Shown here one piece after another: positions 13,418-28,806 of a stretch of DNA of 64,000 nt (the stretch's first letter is position 1; the number at the start of each line of letters is the position of its first letter). Source of the stretch: an uncultured Gammaproteobacteria bacterium (GTDB taxonomy: Bacteria > Pseudomonadota > Gammaproteobacteria > UBA9214); NCBI GenBank assembly GCA_963710815.1, contig CAVQCA010000154.1, positions 8,750-72,749 of the forward strand, in the 5' to 3' direction. Position numbers and translations under genes: made by a program. The notes under the pieces are model-generated. The model worked only from the letters and a program-made list of their open reading frames with translations. It had not been told where the DNA came from and ran no database searches.

Positions 13418-14145
13418 CGACGCTGCGTGGCGCTGCTCCCTTCTGGCTGGATCCCGACAATACGGACATCGATTTTCCGGACGTGGAGCTGGCGCTGAAA
13501 GAACCCGATGGCCTGCTCGCCATCGGCGGAGATCTTTCTCCGGCGCGCCTGCTCAGCGCGTATGCCAATGGCATTTTTCCCTGGTATGGTCCCGGTCAAC
13601 CGATCCTCTGGTGGTCGCCGGATCCACGCCTCATCCTGCGGCCCGGGTCACTGCGCATCTCCCGCAGCCTGCGGAAGACGCTGAGAAGACGCGTCTTCAG
13701 GGTGACCCTGGACGAAGCCTTCGATGCGGTCATCGGCCACTGTGCCGGACCACGCGCCAATGCGAGCGGCACCTGGATAACTCCCGAAATAACGGCGGGC
13801 TACCTGGATCTTCACCGGCGGGGATACGCCCACTCGGTCGAGTGCTGGCACGGTGACCGGCTTGCCGGCGGCCTCTACGGCGTGTCGATCGGACGTATAT
13901 TTTTCGGGGAATCGATGTTCGCGCACATCAGCGACGCCTCGAAGGTCGCATTGGTGCATCTGGCGGGGCAATTGAATCGCTGGGGGTTTCCCCTGCTCGA
14001 TTGCCAGGTCCATACCCGGCATCTCGAGAGCCTGGGCGCCGTGTCCCTTCCCCGAAAGGAGTTCATCCGGCTACTGCGTTCGGCATCCGCACTGCCATCC
14101 CCGCCCTCACCCTGGCGATTCGACCCGGATATGGCGCTTTTCTGA
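13414..14145 (+). CDS. aat: Leucyl/phenylalanyl-tRNA--protein transferase
   Basis: [53 protein letters not shown]. Confidence 0.97.
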   Translation: MTTLRGAAPFWLDPDNTDIDFPDVELALKEPDGLLAIGGDLSPARLLSAYANGIFPWYGPGQPILWWSPDPRLILRPGSLRISRSLRKTLRRRVFRVTLDEAFDAVIGHCAGPRANASGTWITPEITAGYLDLHRRGYAHSVECWHGDRLAGGLYGVSIGRIFFGESMFAHISDASKVALVHLAGQLNRWGFPLLDCQVHTRHLESLGAVSLPRKEFIRLLRSASALPSPPSPWRFDPDMALF

Positions 14146-14170
14146 TCCTGTCCCCGCCGGGGCAAGGTTT

Positions 14171-14199
14171 TTCTCATCCCCGGGCCTTCCGTGTATAAT
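14171..14199 (+). promoter_or_regulatory. Putative sigma70 promoter for infA
   Basis: TTCTCA-17 nt-TATAAT, 42 nt upstream of the infA ATG. Confidence 0.5.
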
Positions 14200-14241
14200 G
14201 CAGCGCCAATTCGCCTATCAGGAGTGGTTAAAACCGGTTTT

Positions 14242-14460
14242 ATGTCAAAGGAAGAACAAATTGAAATGGAAGGGACGGTGGTCGAGACGCTGCCCAACAC
14301 CATGTTCCGCGTCCAGCTGGAAAACGGGCACGTGGTAACCGCGCACATTTCGGGGAAGATGAGGAAACACTACATCCGGATCCTGCGGGGAGACAAGGTG
14401 ACCGTCGAGATGACACCCTATGATCTGAGCAAGGCGCGGATTACCTACCGCGCGCGCTGA
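14242..14460 (+). CDS. infA: Translation initiation factor IF-1
   Basis: [30 protein letters not shown]...[15 protein letters not shown]; 72 aa. Confidence 0.98.
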   Translation: MSKEEQIEMEGTVVETLPNTMFRVQLENGHVVTAHISGKMRKHYIRILRGDKVTVEMTPYDLSKARITYRAR

Positions 14461-14483
14461 AGCCCCGCATCAGCGCGCGGCAC

Positions 14484-16739
14484 TCAGTGCACACATTCCT
14501 TCTCCTCGACTTCAAAGACCAGGCCGCCGTCCTCTTCATGGATCGCCAGGTGGCCGCCATGCGACAGCCGTCCAAAGAGTAACTCCTCGGCCAGCGGCTT
14601 CTTGATGTGCTGCTGGATGAGGCGCGCCATGGGCCGTGCGCCCATCTTCGGGTCGTAACCGTGCAGGGCAAGCCACTTGCGGGCGGCCTCGTCGACTTCG
14701 ACGGTCACCTGCTGTTCCTGCAGCTGCGCCTCGAGCTCGAAGATGAATTTGTCCACCACCTGCGTGATGACCGCCGGATCGAGGGCATTGAACTGCACGA
14801 TGGCATCCAGGCGATTACGGAACTCGGGGGTGAACAGGCGGCGGATGACCTCCATTCCGTCGGAGGAATGGTCCTGCTGCGTGAACCCGATCGAGGGCCG
14901 GTTCATTTCCTGCGCACCGGCGTTCGTCGTCATGACCAGCACGACGTTTCTGAAATCCGCCTTGCGCCCGTTGTTGTCGGTCAGCGTGCCATGGTCCATG
15001 ACCTGGAGCAGCAGATTGAAGACATCGGGATGCGCCTTCTCGATTTCATCGAGGAGCAGAACGACATGGGGGTTTTTGCTGATGGCCTCGGTGAGCAGGC
15101 CGCCCTGGTCGTAGCCGACATATCCCGGCGGTGCACCGATCAGGCGCGACACCGTGTGGCGCTCCATGTACTCCGACATGTCGAAGCGCACCAGTTCCAT
15201 CCCCATGATGCGTGCCAGCTGCCGGGTCACCTCGGTCTTGCCGACGCCGGTGGGACCCGCGAACAGGAACGAGCCGATTGGCTTGTGTTCCGCGCCCAGA
15301 CCGGAACGTGACATCTTGATGGCCGAAGCCAGGGTATCAATGGCATTGTCCTGGCCGTACACCACCATCTTCAGGTCCCGCTCCAGGCTGCGCAGGGTCT
15401 CCTTGTCGGAAACGGTCACGGTCTTGGTGGGAATGCGCGCCATCTGGGCGATGATGGTTTCAATCTCGCCGACGCCGATGATCTTGCGACGGCGTGAAGG
15501 CGCGTTCAGGCGCTGGCTGGCCCCGGCCTCGTCGATGACGTCCAGGGCCTTGTCCGGCAAATGACGGTCATTGATGTAACGATCCGACAGCTCGGCGGCC
15601 GCCCGCAGGGCGCGCGCCGAATATTTCACATTGTGGTGCTCCTCGAACCGCGCACGCAGCCCTTTCAGGATCTCGACGGTTTCATCGACGCTGGGTTCGC
15701 TGATGTCGATCTTCTGGAACCGCCGTGACAGGGCGTGGTCCTTCTCGAAGATGCCGCGGTATTCCTGATAGGTGGTGGAACCGATGCACTTCAACTCGCC
15801 GGATGCGAGCATGGGCTTGATCAGGTTGGAGGCATCCATCACCCCCCCCGAGGCCGCACCGGCGCCGATGATGGTGTGGATCTCGTCGATGAACAGGATC
15901 GCGCCCTCCTCACGACGCAGCTGCGCCAGCACCGATTTCAGGCGTTTCTCGAAATCACCGCGATACTTCGTCCCGGCGACCAGCGTACCGAGATCGAGTG
16001 AATAGATGGTGCTCCCGAGCAGCACCTCAGGCACATCGCCCTCGACGATCATCTTTGCCAGCCCCTCGGCGATGGCCGTCTTCCCCACCCCCGCCTCGCC
16101 GACAAACAACGGGTTGTTCTTGCGCCGGCGGCAGAGTATCTGCACGGTGCGGCGGATCTCGGGGCGACGCCCGATCAGCGGGTCGATCTTCCCCTGGGCG
16201 GCGAGCTCGTTGAGGTTGGTCGCGAAATTCTCCAGCGGCTGTTTTTGCCCGCCCTCGGTGGCGGCCCCGGGCCCCGGGGCGTCGATACTGTCGTCTCCCT
16301 GTTCGTGCACCTTGGAGATTCCGTGCGAGATATAGTTGACGACATCCAGCCGGGTGATATTCATCCTGTTCAGAAAGTAAACCGCCTGGGACTCCTGCTC
16401 GCTGAAGATGGCAACCAGCACGTTGGCGCCGGTAACCTCATTCTTGTCGGAAGTCTGTACGTGGAAGACCGCGCGCTGCAGCACCCGTTGAAAGCCGAGG
16501 GTGGGTTGTGTCTCCCGGGTGTCTCCCGTGGCCAGGCGCGGTGTGGTCTCGTCCAGGAACTTGCCGAGATCCTGCTTCAGGCGCTCCAGATCGGCCCCGC
16601 AGGCGCGCAGGACCTCAACGGCGGATGGATTGTCAAGGAGGGCGTAGAGCAGGTGCTCGACCGTCATGAATTCGTGCTGCTTCTCCCGGGCCTCCTTGAA
16701 GGCGAGGTTCAGGGTGAATTCCAGTTCCTTGCTCAGCAT
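14484..16739 (-). CDS. clpA: ATP-dependent Clp protease ATP-binding subunit ClpA
   Basis: [11 protein letters not shown], two AAA modules ([16 protein letters not shown]), [10 protein letters not shown]. Confidence 0.98.
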   Translation of the reverse strand: MLSKELEFTLNLAFKEAREKQHEFMTVEHLLYALLDNPSAVEVLRACGADLERLKQDLGKFLDETTPRLATGDTRETQPTLGFQRVLQRAVFHVQTSDKNEVTGANVLVAIFSEQESQAVYFLNRMNITRLDVVNYISHGISKVHEQGDDSIDAPGPGAATEGGQKQPLENFATNLNELAAQGKIDPLIGRRPEIRRTVQILCRRRKNNPLFVGEAGVGKTAIAEGLAKMIVEGDVPEVLLGSTIYSLDLGTLVAGTKYRGDFEKRLKSVLAQLRREEGAILFIDEIHTIIGAGAASGGVMDASNLIKPMLASGELKCIGSTTYQEYRGIFEKDHALSRRFQKIDISEPSVDETVEILKGLRARFEEHHNVKYSARALRAAAELSDRYINDRHLPDKALDVIDEAGASQRLNAPSRRRKIIGVGEIETIIAQMARIPTKTVTVSDKETLRSLERDLKMVVYGQDNAIDTLASAIKMSRSGLGAEHKPIGSFLFAGPTGVGKTEVTRQLARIMGMELVRFDMSEYMERHTVSRLIGAPPGYVGYDQGGLLTEAISKNPHVVLLLDEIEKAHPDVFNLLLQVMDHGTLTDNNGRKADFRNVVLVMTTNAGAQEMNRPSIGFTQQDHSSDGMEVIRRLFTPEFRNRLDAIVQFNALDPAVITQVVDKFIFELEAQLQEQQVTVEVDEAARKWLALHGYDPKMGARPMARLIQQHIKKPLAEELLFGRLSHGGHLAIHEEDGGLVFEVEEKECVH

Positions 16740-16760
16740 GGCGATACTCCGGTTAAGCGA

Positions 16761-17081
16761 TCAGACTTTCTCCATGCTGCATAACAGGGGATGCTGATGG
16801 CGTCTTGCATATTCATTGGCCTGTGCAACCTTGGTTTCCGCGATCTCGTGCGTGTAGATACCGCAGACGCCACGGCCCTGGGTATGCACATGCAACATGA
16901 CCCGGGTCGCCTTCTCCCGGTCCATACCGAACAGCTTCTCCAACAGCATGACCACGAACTCCATGGGTGTAAAGTCATCGTTCAGCAGGACCACTTTGTA
17001 CAGGGGTGGTTCCTTCAGTTCCGGCTTGGCTTCCTTGAGAACCAGCCCTTCTTCGCCGTCGCTCCTGTTTTCCTCTGTCAT
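16761..17081 (-). CDS. clpS: Clp protease adaptor ClpS
   Basis: [48 protein letters not shown]; start at MTEEN (17081). Confidence 0.97.
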   Translation of the reverse strand: MTEENRSDGEEGLVLKEAKPELKEPPLYKVVLLNDDFTPMEFVVMLLEKLFGMDREKATRVMLHVHTQGRGVCGIYTHEIAETKVAQANEYARRHQHPLLCSMEKV

Positions 17082-17260
17082 GGCTGCAATACCCGTCCCG
17101 CAGGTGTGCAAGTGGTCGTGGATACCGCCGCGGCATTCTCCTCGCGAGGGTCCCGGCAAGCCGCACGCCGGCATGTAACTGGATATATTATAGAACCGAA
17201 AACGCTGCAATAAAAATCTCGTGGCAACGGACGCGGCGAACCGGCAAGGGATATACGTAC

Positions 17261-17288
17261 TTGACTAGGACTAAAAGACGCATATAAC
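17261..17288 (+). promoter_or_regulatory. Putative sigma70 promoter for cspD
   Basis: TTGACT-16 nt-TATAAC in the clpS/cspD divergent region. Confidence 0.55.
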
Positions 17289-17295
17289 TTATGAG

Positions 17296-17321
17296 CCGCC
17301 GGCCGTTCGAACGGCCGGCGG
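17296..17321. repeat. Perfect 26-bp palindrome at the predicted 5' end of the cspD leader
   Basis: CCGCCGGCCGTTCGAACGGCCGGCGG equals its own reverse complement. Confidence 0.85.
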
Positions 17322-17425
17322 GGGAGGAAGATCCGGGACGTTCTCAACCGGGAGCTGCCGGTGATGCCTGTAGATAGGAATGACGGATGACATGCCATCA
17401 TGTGCATGTCACAGGAAGGGACAAT

Positions 17426-17629
17426 ATGGCAATTGGTACAGTGAAGTGGTTCAGCAATTCCAAGGGTTATGGTTTTATATCTCCGGATGAGGGCGGAGAA
17501 GACGTCTTTGCACATTTCTCCGCTATTGAAATGGACGGTTACAAGACGCTGAACGAAGGCCAGAAGGTACAATTTGAAATCACCGAGGGGCCGAAGGGTC
17601 TGCAGGCTGCGAATATCAAGTCTACATAA
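17426..17629 (+). CDS. cspD: Cold-shock domain protein (CspD position)
   Basis: [33 protein letters not shown]; divergent from clpS as is typical for cspD. Confidence 0.9.
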   Translation: MAIGTVKWFSNSKGYGFISPDEGGEDVFAHFSAIEMDGYKTLNEGQKVQFEITEGPKGLQAANIKST

Positions 17630-17686
17630 TAACCTTCCAGCGGATCTCCACGTCTGACACTCTGACCAGGAGACTCTCGCGTCTTT

Positions 17687-17840
17687 CTTGGGTCTGTCGG
17701 ACCCGGGATTGATCAGACGCACTGGCAGGAGAGCGGCCCCCGATTCCCCGTTGCATGGAGTGCTCATGCAGCCCGAAATCGTGCCAGGCAACCTACACAC
17801 TCTCCCGCCATGCCCACCATGATCACCCGGGCCCGGCAGG

Positions 17841-17844
<4 letters not shown>
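17687..17844. repeat. Long-hairpin repeat family A, diverged copy
   Basis: Aligns by eye with 37399-37566 (GGATTGATC, CTGGCxGGAGAGCGGCCC, CGTTGCAT, ATCGTG, CTCTCCCxCCATGC); lies between convergent cspD and icd and abuts the icd stop. Confidence 0.8.
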
Positions 17845-19100
<1,256 letters not shown>

Positions 19101-19113
19101 GAAACCGTCCTTC

Positions 19114-19137
19114 GTGATGTGATGTGATGTGATGTGA
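19114..19137. repeat. Pentanucleotide tandem repeat (GTGAT)x~4.8 just upstream of icd
   Basis: GTGATGTGATGTGATGTGATGTGA, 14-37 nt upstream of the icd ATG. Confidence 0.85.
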
Positions 19138-19188
19138 GGGAAGTGTTGAATTCGAACCGCAGGCGGGAAAGTGTACAGGATGCAGTTC

Positions 19189-19223
19189 AAAAAAAAGACC
19201 CCTGACATGACAGGGGTCTTTGT
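19189..19223 (-). terminator. Rho-independent terminator between the secreted-protein gene and icd
   Basis: Minus strand AAAGACCCCTG-TCATGT-CAGGGGTC followed by T8. Confidence 0.8.
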
Positions 19224-19264
19224 TACCTACCCGCCGGCACAAAAGCCGGCGTAACTTCGCGATA

Positions 19265-20200
19265 TTATTCCACCTCGCCCCCGGAGGCCTTGGTCAGGGC
19301 CTCCTCGATGGCGTTCGGTGAGCACATGATGCTGAAGAAGGTCGCGCCTGACTCACTCGCGAGCATCGACAGATGCGGCCAGTCGATGGCGATACGGAAG
19401 CGCCCGTAGAGCGCTTCTGCCTGATCGCCATAGACCAGGATCTCATAGGGCAGGTGCGCGGTATGCCGCGGCGTGCTCTTGTCAATCCGGCTCATGATGT
19501 ACTCGTCGCTGCTGCAATCGTCGGGACCGGCACCCTTCATGGCGACACCGAACAGGGTTTGCTCCTTACCCTTGGGATCCTTGCCGGGGATGTCGATGCG
19601 ATAGACCTCGGCGGTCCCGCCCTTCCCGGCCGCCAGGGCATCCTGGACCGCCTTGACCGCTTCGGCGTGGCTGCCGTATTCGGCCAGCTCACTGGGATCG
19701 TCGAAATACTCCATCATGACCGTGTAGTGGTATTTTCTCAGGTCTTTCGCCGTGAGTTTCTTCTCCGATCCGAAATCCATCTTGGCGCCGAGGGCTTTTT
19801 CCAGTTGGGCACGCACATCGGAGAGATCGGTCGCCATACGATAGACAGCCGCCATATACACCGGGTTGGTATAGGAGACCTCGATGTCGTCCCCGTTCTT
19901 GGTGACGGCGACACGCTGTTCCGCGCCGTAACCACCACGCTCGGACTTGGAGGCAGCGGCCTTCAGTGCGTCATTGGTGACCACGATGACGTCGGCACCC
20001 GCATAGGGTGAATATTCACCCGCGATTTGAAATCCGGCGCTCGTGAGTTTGCCCTTGACGTCCGATGCCACGGTTTTGACGTCGCCGGTAGTCTTGTAGG
20101 CCAGCACGAAAGGCTGCAGATACTCCGCCGCCAGCGCACTGCCGGCAGTCAGGACAAAGAAGATTCCAACCAGAATTGAATTTCTCAGCATGGCGATCAT
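19265..20200 (-). CDS. Secreted conserved hypothetical protein, possibly tandem DUF302-like domains
   Basis: GGAGG RBS before ATG 20200, signal peptide ending ALA-A, host-like codon usage; segments EVSYTNP and HLPYEILV resemble DUF302 (inference). Confidence 0.75.
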   Translation of the reverse strand: MIAMLRNSILVGIFFVLTAGSALAAEYLQPFVLAYKTTGDVKTVASDVKGKLTSAGFQIAGEYSPYAGADVIVVTNDALKAAASKSERGGYGAEQRVAVTKNGDDIEVSYTNPVYMAAVYRMATDLSDVRAQLEKALGAKMDFGSEKKLTAKDLRKYHYTVMMEYFDDPSELAEYGSHAEAVKAVQDALAAGKGGTAEVYRIDIPGKDPKGKEQTLFGVAMKGAGPDDCSSDEYIMSRIDKSTPRHTAHLPYEILVYGDQAEALYGRFRIAIDWPHLSMLASESGATFFSIMCSPNAIEEALTKASGGEVE

Positions 20201-20469
20201 TACCCACTCCTCCTCACAGGCATGTTTAACATTTAGTGTTTGTTTGACGTAACATTTATACACCGTAACCTGCCACCCACCGGGTTCCCGGCGTAAAAAT
20301 GAAGCTCGGAGTATAGGGGAATCGGTGATGATCTGCGAGTGCCAATCGTCATGAAGGAAGCTGCCGGATGGCGGCAGTTATCCGGAATGACCGTCCGGCA
20401 TAGCGCAGGCAGCCATTTTTCGCGGGCACACGACATATTTTTTTTATAACCTATTGATAATCAGTAGAT

Positions 20470-20913
20470 ATGATCTGGACTCCACATGTGACTGTTGCCG
20501 CCGTGATCGAACAAGGGGAGCGTTTTCTCCTGGTTCAGGAACGGGAGTCCGGCCAAGTGGTCTTCAATCAACCCGCCGGACACCTCGAGGAGGGCGAGAG
20601 TCTGGTTTCCGCCGTCATCCGGGAAACCCTCGAGGAGACCGGCTGGCATTTCCAGCCCGCCGCCCTTATCGGGATGTACCGGTGGCGCCACCCGGCAAAG
20701 GGGGTCACCTACCTGCGCGCGGCCTTTTCGGGTTCCGGTGTTTCGCACGATCCGGACCGGGCGCTGGATGAGGGAATAGAACGCACCCTATGGCTTGGTG
20801 TCGACGAGATCCGCAGACAGACCGAAATGCTGCGCAGTCCACTGGTGCTGAAATCGATCGAGGACTACCTCGCGGGCGTCCGCTACCCGCTTTCGGTACT
20901 CACGGATGTCTAA
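20470..20913 (+). CDS. nudJ: NUDIX hydrolase (NudJ/YmfB-like)
   Basis: PHVTVAAV, NQPAGHLEEGES...RETLEETG; upstream of mnmA. Confidence 0.9.
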   Translation: MIWTPHVTVAAVIEQGERFLLVQERESGQVVFNQPAGHLEEGESLVSAVIRETLEETGWHFQPAALIGMYRWRHPAKGVTYLRAAFSGSGVSHDPDRALDEGIERTLWLGVDEIRRQTEMLRSPLVLKSIEDYLAGVRYPLSVLTDV

Positions 20914-20991
20914 TAACCCCTCCGCCGTCAGTCCTCCCGCCGGCCGATCGGTGGCGCACCCGATGATCCGTGAAGAGCACTGGGCGAGACC

Positions 20992-22068
20992 GTGAAACGA
21001 ATCGCACTCGGGTTGTCCGGAGGAGTGGACTCCGCGGTCGCGGCGTTGCTGCTCAAACAGGCCGGACATCATGTGACCGCCGTCTTCATGAAGAACTGGG
21101 ACGACGACGACGATACCGGCTACTGCCCCGCTGAACAGGACCTGCGTGACGCGCGCGATATCTGTGAACGCCTCGACATCGAGCTGCGGACCATCAGTTT
21201 CTCGGCGGAATACTGGAACCGCGTCTTCACGCACTTCCTCGAGGAATACCGGGCCGGGCGTACGCCGAACCCCGATATCCTCTGCAACCAGGAAATCAAA
21301 TTTCGCGCCTTCCTGGATTACGCGCTGGCCCACGGCGCCGGGGCCATTGCGACCGGACACTATGCCCGGATCGACAAGGACGGGACGATACGCCTGCTGA
21401 GAGCCGTCGACCGAAGCAAGGACCAGACCTACTTTCTGCATACCCTTAACCAGACGCAACTCTCGCACAGCCTGTTCCCGATAGGCCACCTGGAGAAACA
21501 GGAAGTGCGCGAACTGGCCGCACGGGCCGGGCTGCGCAATCACGACAAGAAAGACAGCACCGGCATCTGCTTCATCGGAGAGCGCAAGTTCCGCGACTTC
21601 CTGGCGCGCTACCTGCCGCGGCAGCCGGGGGAAATCAGAACGCTGGACGATGAGCTGATCGGTGAACATCAGGGACTGATGTTCCATACCATCGGCCAGC
21701 GACAGGGACTGGGCATCGGCGGGAGAAAGGTGTCGTCGGGTGAACCCTGGTACGTGGCCGCCAAGGATCCCGTTCACAACGTCCTGCGCGTCGTCCAGGG
21801 GGTGAATCACCCCGCCCTTTGCCACCGGCGACTGCGCGCCGGCCGCTTGCACTGGATCGCCGGTTCGCCGCCTTCACTGCCGCTTGCCTGCACCGCCCGT
21901 ATCCGTTACCGCCAGCCCGATCAGCCCTGCCTGCTCACCCCTGCACCCGGCGATGGCGGCATCGTCGAGTTCAGGGAAGCGCAACGCGCGGTGACGCCGG
22001 GGCAATCGGTGGTTTTCTACGACGGTGAAGTCTGTCTGGGCGGCGGCGTTATCGAAACGGTCATATAG
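20992..22068 (+). CDS. mnmA: tRNA-specific 2-thiouridylase MnmA
   Basis: [58 protein letters not shown]. Confidence 0.98.
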   Translation: MKRIALGLSGGVDSAVAALLLKQAGHHVTAVFMKNWDDDDDTGYCPAEQDLRDARDICERLDIELRTISFSAEYWNRVFTHFLEEYRAGRTPNPDILCNQEIKFRAFLDYALAHGAGAIATGHYARIDKDGTIRLLRAVDRSKDQTYFLHTLNQTQLSHSLFPIGHLEKQEVRELAARAGLRNHDKKDSTGICFIGERKFRDFLARYLPRQPGEIRTLDDELIGEHQGLMFHTIGQRQGLGIGGRKVSSGEPWYVAAKDPVHNVLRVVQGVNHPALCHRRLRAGRLHWIAGSPPSLPLACTARIRYRQPDQPCLLTPAPGDGGIVEFREAQRAVTPGQSVVFYDGEVCLGGGVIETVI

Positions 22069-22077
22069 ACGATCTTC

Positions 22078-22194
22078 CTCACCGCAAAGACGCAAAGTGT
22101 TTAATTGTTTTCATAAAAGAATTTCTCTGCGTCCTTTGCGTCTTTGCGTTGAAGGCGGTGTTTATGGACGGATACCTTGCGCCTTTGCGGTGAA
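22078..22194. repeat. Palindromic repeat family B (CGCAAAGACGCAAAG...CTTTGCGTCTTTGCG)
   Basis: ~98 nt highly similar to 31371-31468, followed by an extra half-site CTTGCGCCTTTGCGGTGA. Confidence 0.9.
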
Positions 22195-22224
22195 TACCGT
22201 TCGTCAGGGATAATTACCTACTGT

Positions 22225-22860
22225 ATGAAATCCAATCCCAGACATCTCGCCATCGCCCTGGCCGGACTGTTTCAGGCCGTCAGGCTGGTCCAGCAGGTCG
22301 CGGCCGGCAGGTACTGCGACAGCGTTGCCCTCGATGCCAGTCTTGCGGGCCTGTTCAATACGGACCCGGAATCGACGGAGTCCGTGTTCGGCGAGCTGGC
22401 CGGGATCCGCTCAGGGCTGGAGACAGCGCTCACCCAGATCAGCAGCTTTCGGGCGCGCCGCGACATCGAGCTGACGCGCTACGCCATCACCGTGCTCTAC
22501 CTGGAGCGCAAGCTCGCGAAGCAGCACACCCTGCTCGAACGCATCCGTGCAGCCATCGACAGCACACGCGGGCGGACCGAAATTGACGGCCTGACAGATC
22601 CCGAGGTCATTGCCGGCCTCGCCGGGGCTTACAAGCAAACGGTAAGCACCCTGCGCCCGCAGGTAATGGTCAGCGGCAATCCGGCAATACTCGGCAATCC
22701 TGACAAGCAGAACCTGATCCGTGCCCTGCTGCTGGCGGCCATCCGCGCCGCCGTATTGTGGCGCCAGTGCGGCGGGAGGCGCCTTACGCTGCTGTGGCAC
22801 CGCAAGGCGCTGCAAGAGGCGATCGAGGCCTTGCTGAAGGAGGTAAATGCTGGCCGCTGA
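22225..22860 (+). CDS. hflD: High-frequency lysogenization protein HflD
   Basis: IALAGLFQA, VFG, RYAITVLYLERKL, Y...STLRPQVMVSG, IRALLLAAIRAAVLWRQCGG. Confidence 0.93.
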   Translation: MKSNPRHLAIALAGLFQAVRLVQQVAAGRYCDSVALDASLAGLFNTDPESTESVFGELAGIRSGLETALTQISSFRARRDIELTRYAITVLYLERKLAKQHTLLERIRAAIDSTRGRTEIDGLTDPEVIAGLAGAYKQTVSTLRPQVMVSGNPAILGNPDKQNLIRALLLAAIRAAVLWRQCGGRRLTLLWHRKALQEAIEALLKEVNAGR

Positions 22861-22983
22861 GCCGTTACCGTCTCCTGTTTGCATGTATAATTGCGCCTCC
22901 GTCAGTGCCGGCCAACCGTGACACCGGGGTGGTTTACCGGTCAGGATCCCGACCCGTCACATGAGGCTCCCAGGAGATCCCTA

Positions 22984-27049
<4,066 letters not shown>

Positions 27050-27073
27050 CGGTCCTCACCTCCCCCCGGTCTG

Positions 27074-27535
27074 ATGGCGTCTGAGCGAAGGTATACCGTA
27101 TCCGAAGCGCGGCTGCCCGGGGATCTTCCCGCCATCCACCTCATTCGACGTCAGGTTTTCGTTGAGGAACAGGGCATACCCGCCCGGCTCGAGTGGGACG
27201 GAAGGGATACGCTCTGCCGTCATGTGCTGGCGAGTGACCTGCAGCGGGTTCCCATAGGCACGGGGCGACTGGACCCCGAGGCACGCATCGGCCGTATGGC
27301 CGTTTTGCCACCCTGGCGCCGGCACGGCGTCGGCAGCGCCCTGCTCGACATCCTCCTGCGGCTGGCGCAGGCCCTTGGCCACCGGGAAGTGGTGGCACAT
27401 GCCCAGCGCGACGTCGTTGAGTTCTATCGCAAGGCGGGATTTCGCGATCAGGGCCGGCTTTTCAGGGAGGCCGGAATCGAGCACCTGAAAATGGTAAAAA
27501 TCTTCACCAGCGGCAATAATGAAAATAATCGGTGA
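27074..27535 (+). CDS. GNAT family N-acetyltransferase (ElaA/YjcF-like)
   Basis: IRRQVFVEEQG, IGRMAVLPPWRRHGVG, HAQ...FY, EAGIEH. Confidence 0.88.
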   Translation: MASERRYTVSEARLPGDLPAIHLIRRQVFVEEQGIPARLEWDGRDTLCRHVLASDLQRVPIGTGRLDPEARIGRMAVLPPWRRHGVGSALLDILLRLAQALGHREVVAHAQRDVVEFYRKAGFRDQGRLFREAGIEHLKMVKIFTSGNNENNR

Positions 27536-27553
27536 ACAAGGGGGTACTGAAAA

Positions 27554-28108
27554 ATGACCGAGTCAAAACACCGCGACGCCGTGCAAAAAGCGGCGCAACT
27601 CACGATCGATGACCTGCGGCTGGGGGAAACCACCCTGGAATTCGAGGTTGAAACCCAAGCCGAGGTGCGCGCGGTGGCGCATGCGCTGGCTGCCCAGGCG
27701 CAGCGCACCCTGCTGCTGCATACCGAGGACCTCGAACCCGCCATCTACGACGACAACGCCTTTCTGGATGCGCTCAGCCGTCTTGCCCGTCTGCACAGCC
27801 AGTCGCGCATCTGGATTCTTGTCCAGGATGCCCGCAAGGCCATACAGCACGGCCATCGCCTGATCGAGCTTGCCCGGCGCCTGAGTTCCAGCGTGCAGTT
27901 TCGCCGGCCCGGAGCCCAGTTCCGCAACTACCACGAATCATTCCTGCTGGCGGATGGCCGTGGGTATCTGCATCGCCCGATCGCCGCACGCTACGAAGGC
28001 ACCGCCAATTTCCACGATCCCGGCAAGGTGGCGGATCGGGAGAAATACTTCATGGAGGTCTGGGATCGCAGTGAACCCGATGAAGAAATAAAGCGCCTGT
28101 ATCTGTAG
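27554..28108 (+). CDS. Conserved hypothetical protein (typical downstream partner of the purB-linked GNAT)
   Basis: Host-like codon usage; DLEPAIYD, GHRLIELARRLSS, FLLADGRGYL, F.E.W motifs; function unknown. Confidence 0.75.
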   Translation: MTESKHRDAVQKAAQLTIDDLRLGETTLEFEVETQAEVRAVAHALAAQAQRTLLLHTEDLEPAIYDDNAFLDALSRLARLHSQSRIWILVQDARKAIQHGHRLIELARRLSSSVQFRRPGAQFRNYHESFLLADGRGYLHRPIAARYEGTANFHDPGKVADREKYFMEVWDRSEPDEEIKRLYL

Positions 28109-28143
28109 CGATCCAGGCGCCCGTCATTCGGCAAGGAGTGCTC

Positions 28144-28653
28144 TCAGGGGAAGGCCGGGATGACCGGCTCGGTGCCCTCGACCACGGCCTCCGGATGGTG
28201 CGCCTTGACCAGGTTCGTGATTTCCTCCACCCGCACCTTGGGCACGTCCACCATCATCATCAGCTGACCCTTTTCGATCGCCGATTCGAATTCCTTCAAC
28301 CGTGAGCTGGGTGCCGAAACGCCGATCATGCCGGAGATCCAGGCGCCGGCGCCGGCTCCCGCCAGGCCAATGCCGAGAATCGCGCCGCCCGCCAGCGCCA
28401 CACCCCCGAGGGTGATCGCGGCGATGCCCGCCACCACACCGGTCGCCCCGCCGATCGCGAGACCCCGCTCCACCGCCGGGACGAAATCGCTTTCCTGCAG
28501 CAGATTCGCTTCCGGCAAGTGGGCTTCCGACAAGGCGTGATGATCGGCAGCGGCGATATGGATATGGCGTTCCTCGATCCGGGCGAGCAGCAGTTCATCC
28601 ACGATCGTTTTTGCGCTTTCTACGCTCGGCAGCAGAAAATAAAGTCTCCTCAT
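28144..28653 (-). CDS. DUF1269-like membrane protein
   Basis: MRRLYFLLP, HLPEANLLQESD, glycine-rich hydrophobic stretch, IEKGQLMMMVDVP. Confidence 0.8.
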   Translation of the reverse strand: MRRLYFLLPSVESAKTIVDELLLARIEERHIHIAAADHHALSEAHLPEANLLQESDFVPAVERGLAIGGATGVVAGIAAITLGGVALAGGAILGIGLAGAGAGAWISGMIGVSAPSSRLKEFESAIEKGQLMMMVDVPKVRVEEITNLVKAHHPEAVVEGTEPVIPAFP

Positions 28654-28806
28654 TACCTGGCTCCTTCAATTTGGTTTCAAATAAATTCGCAAAAGTCCTT
28701 GATATTATTGACTGATCATACCGCTTTATATATGGCATGGCGCGCTATTTTGCCAGATGGCGCGGCTAATTTAACCCAATTTTTTTCTCATCCCCGATCT
28801 CCGGGG

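Noticed and set aside
19230-19255. CGGCACAAAAGCCGG resembling the guanidine-I riboswitch 3' end
   Set aside because: The rest of the ykkC motif is missing; it is a simple hairpin at a gene 3' end.
22225-22860. Prophage signal from hflD
   Set aside because: hflD is a core chromosomal gene in this position; there are no phage, integrase or transposase genes in the window.
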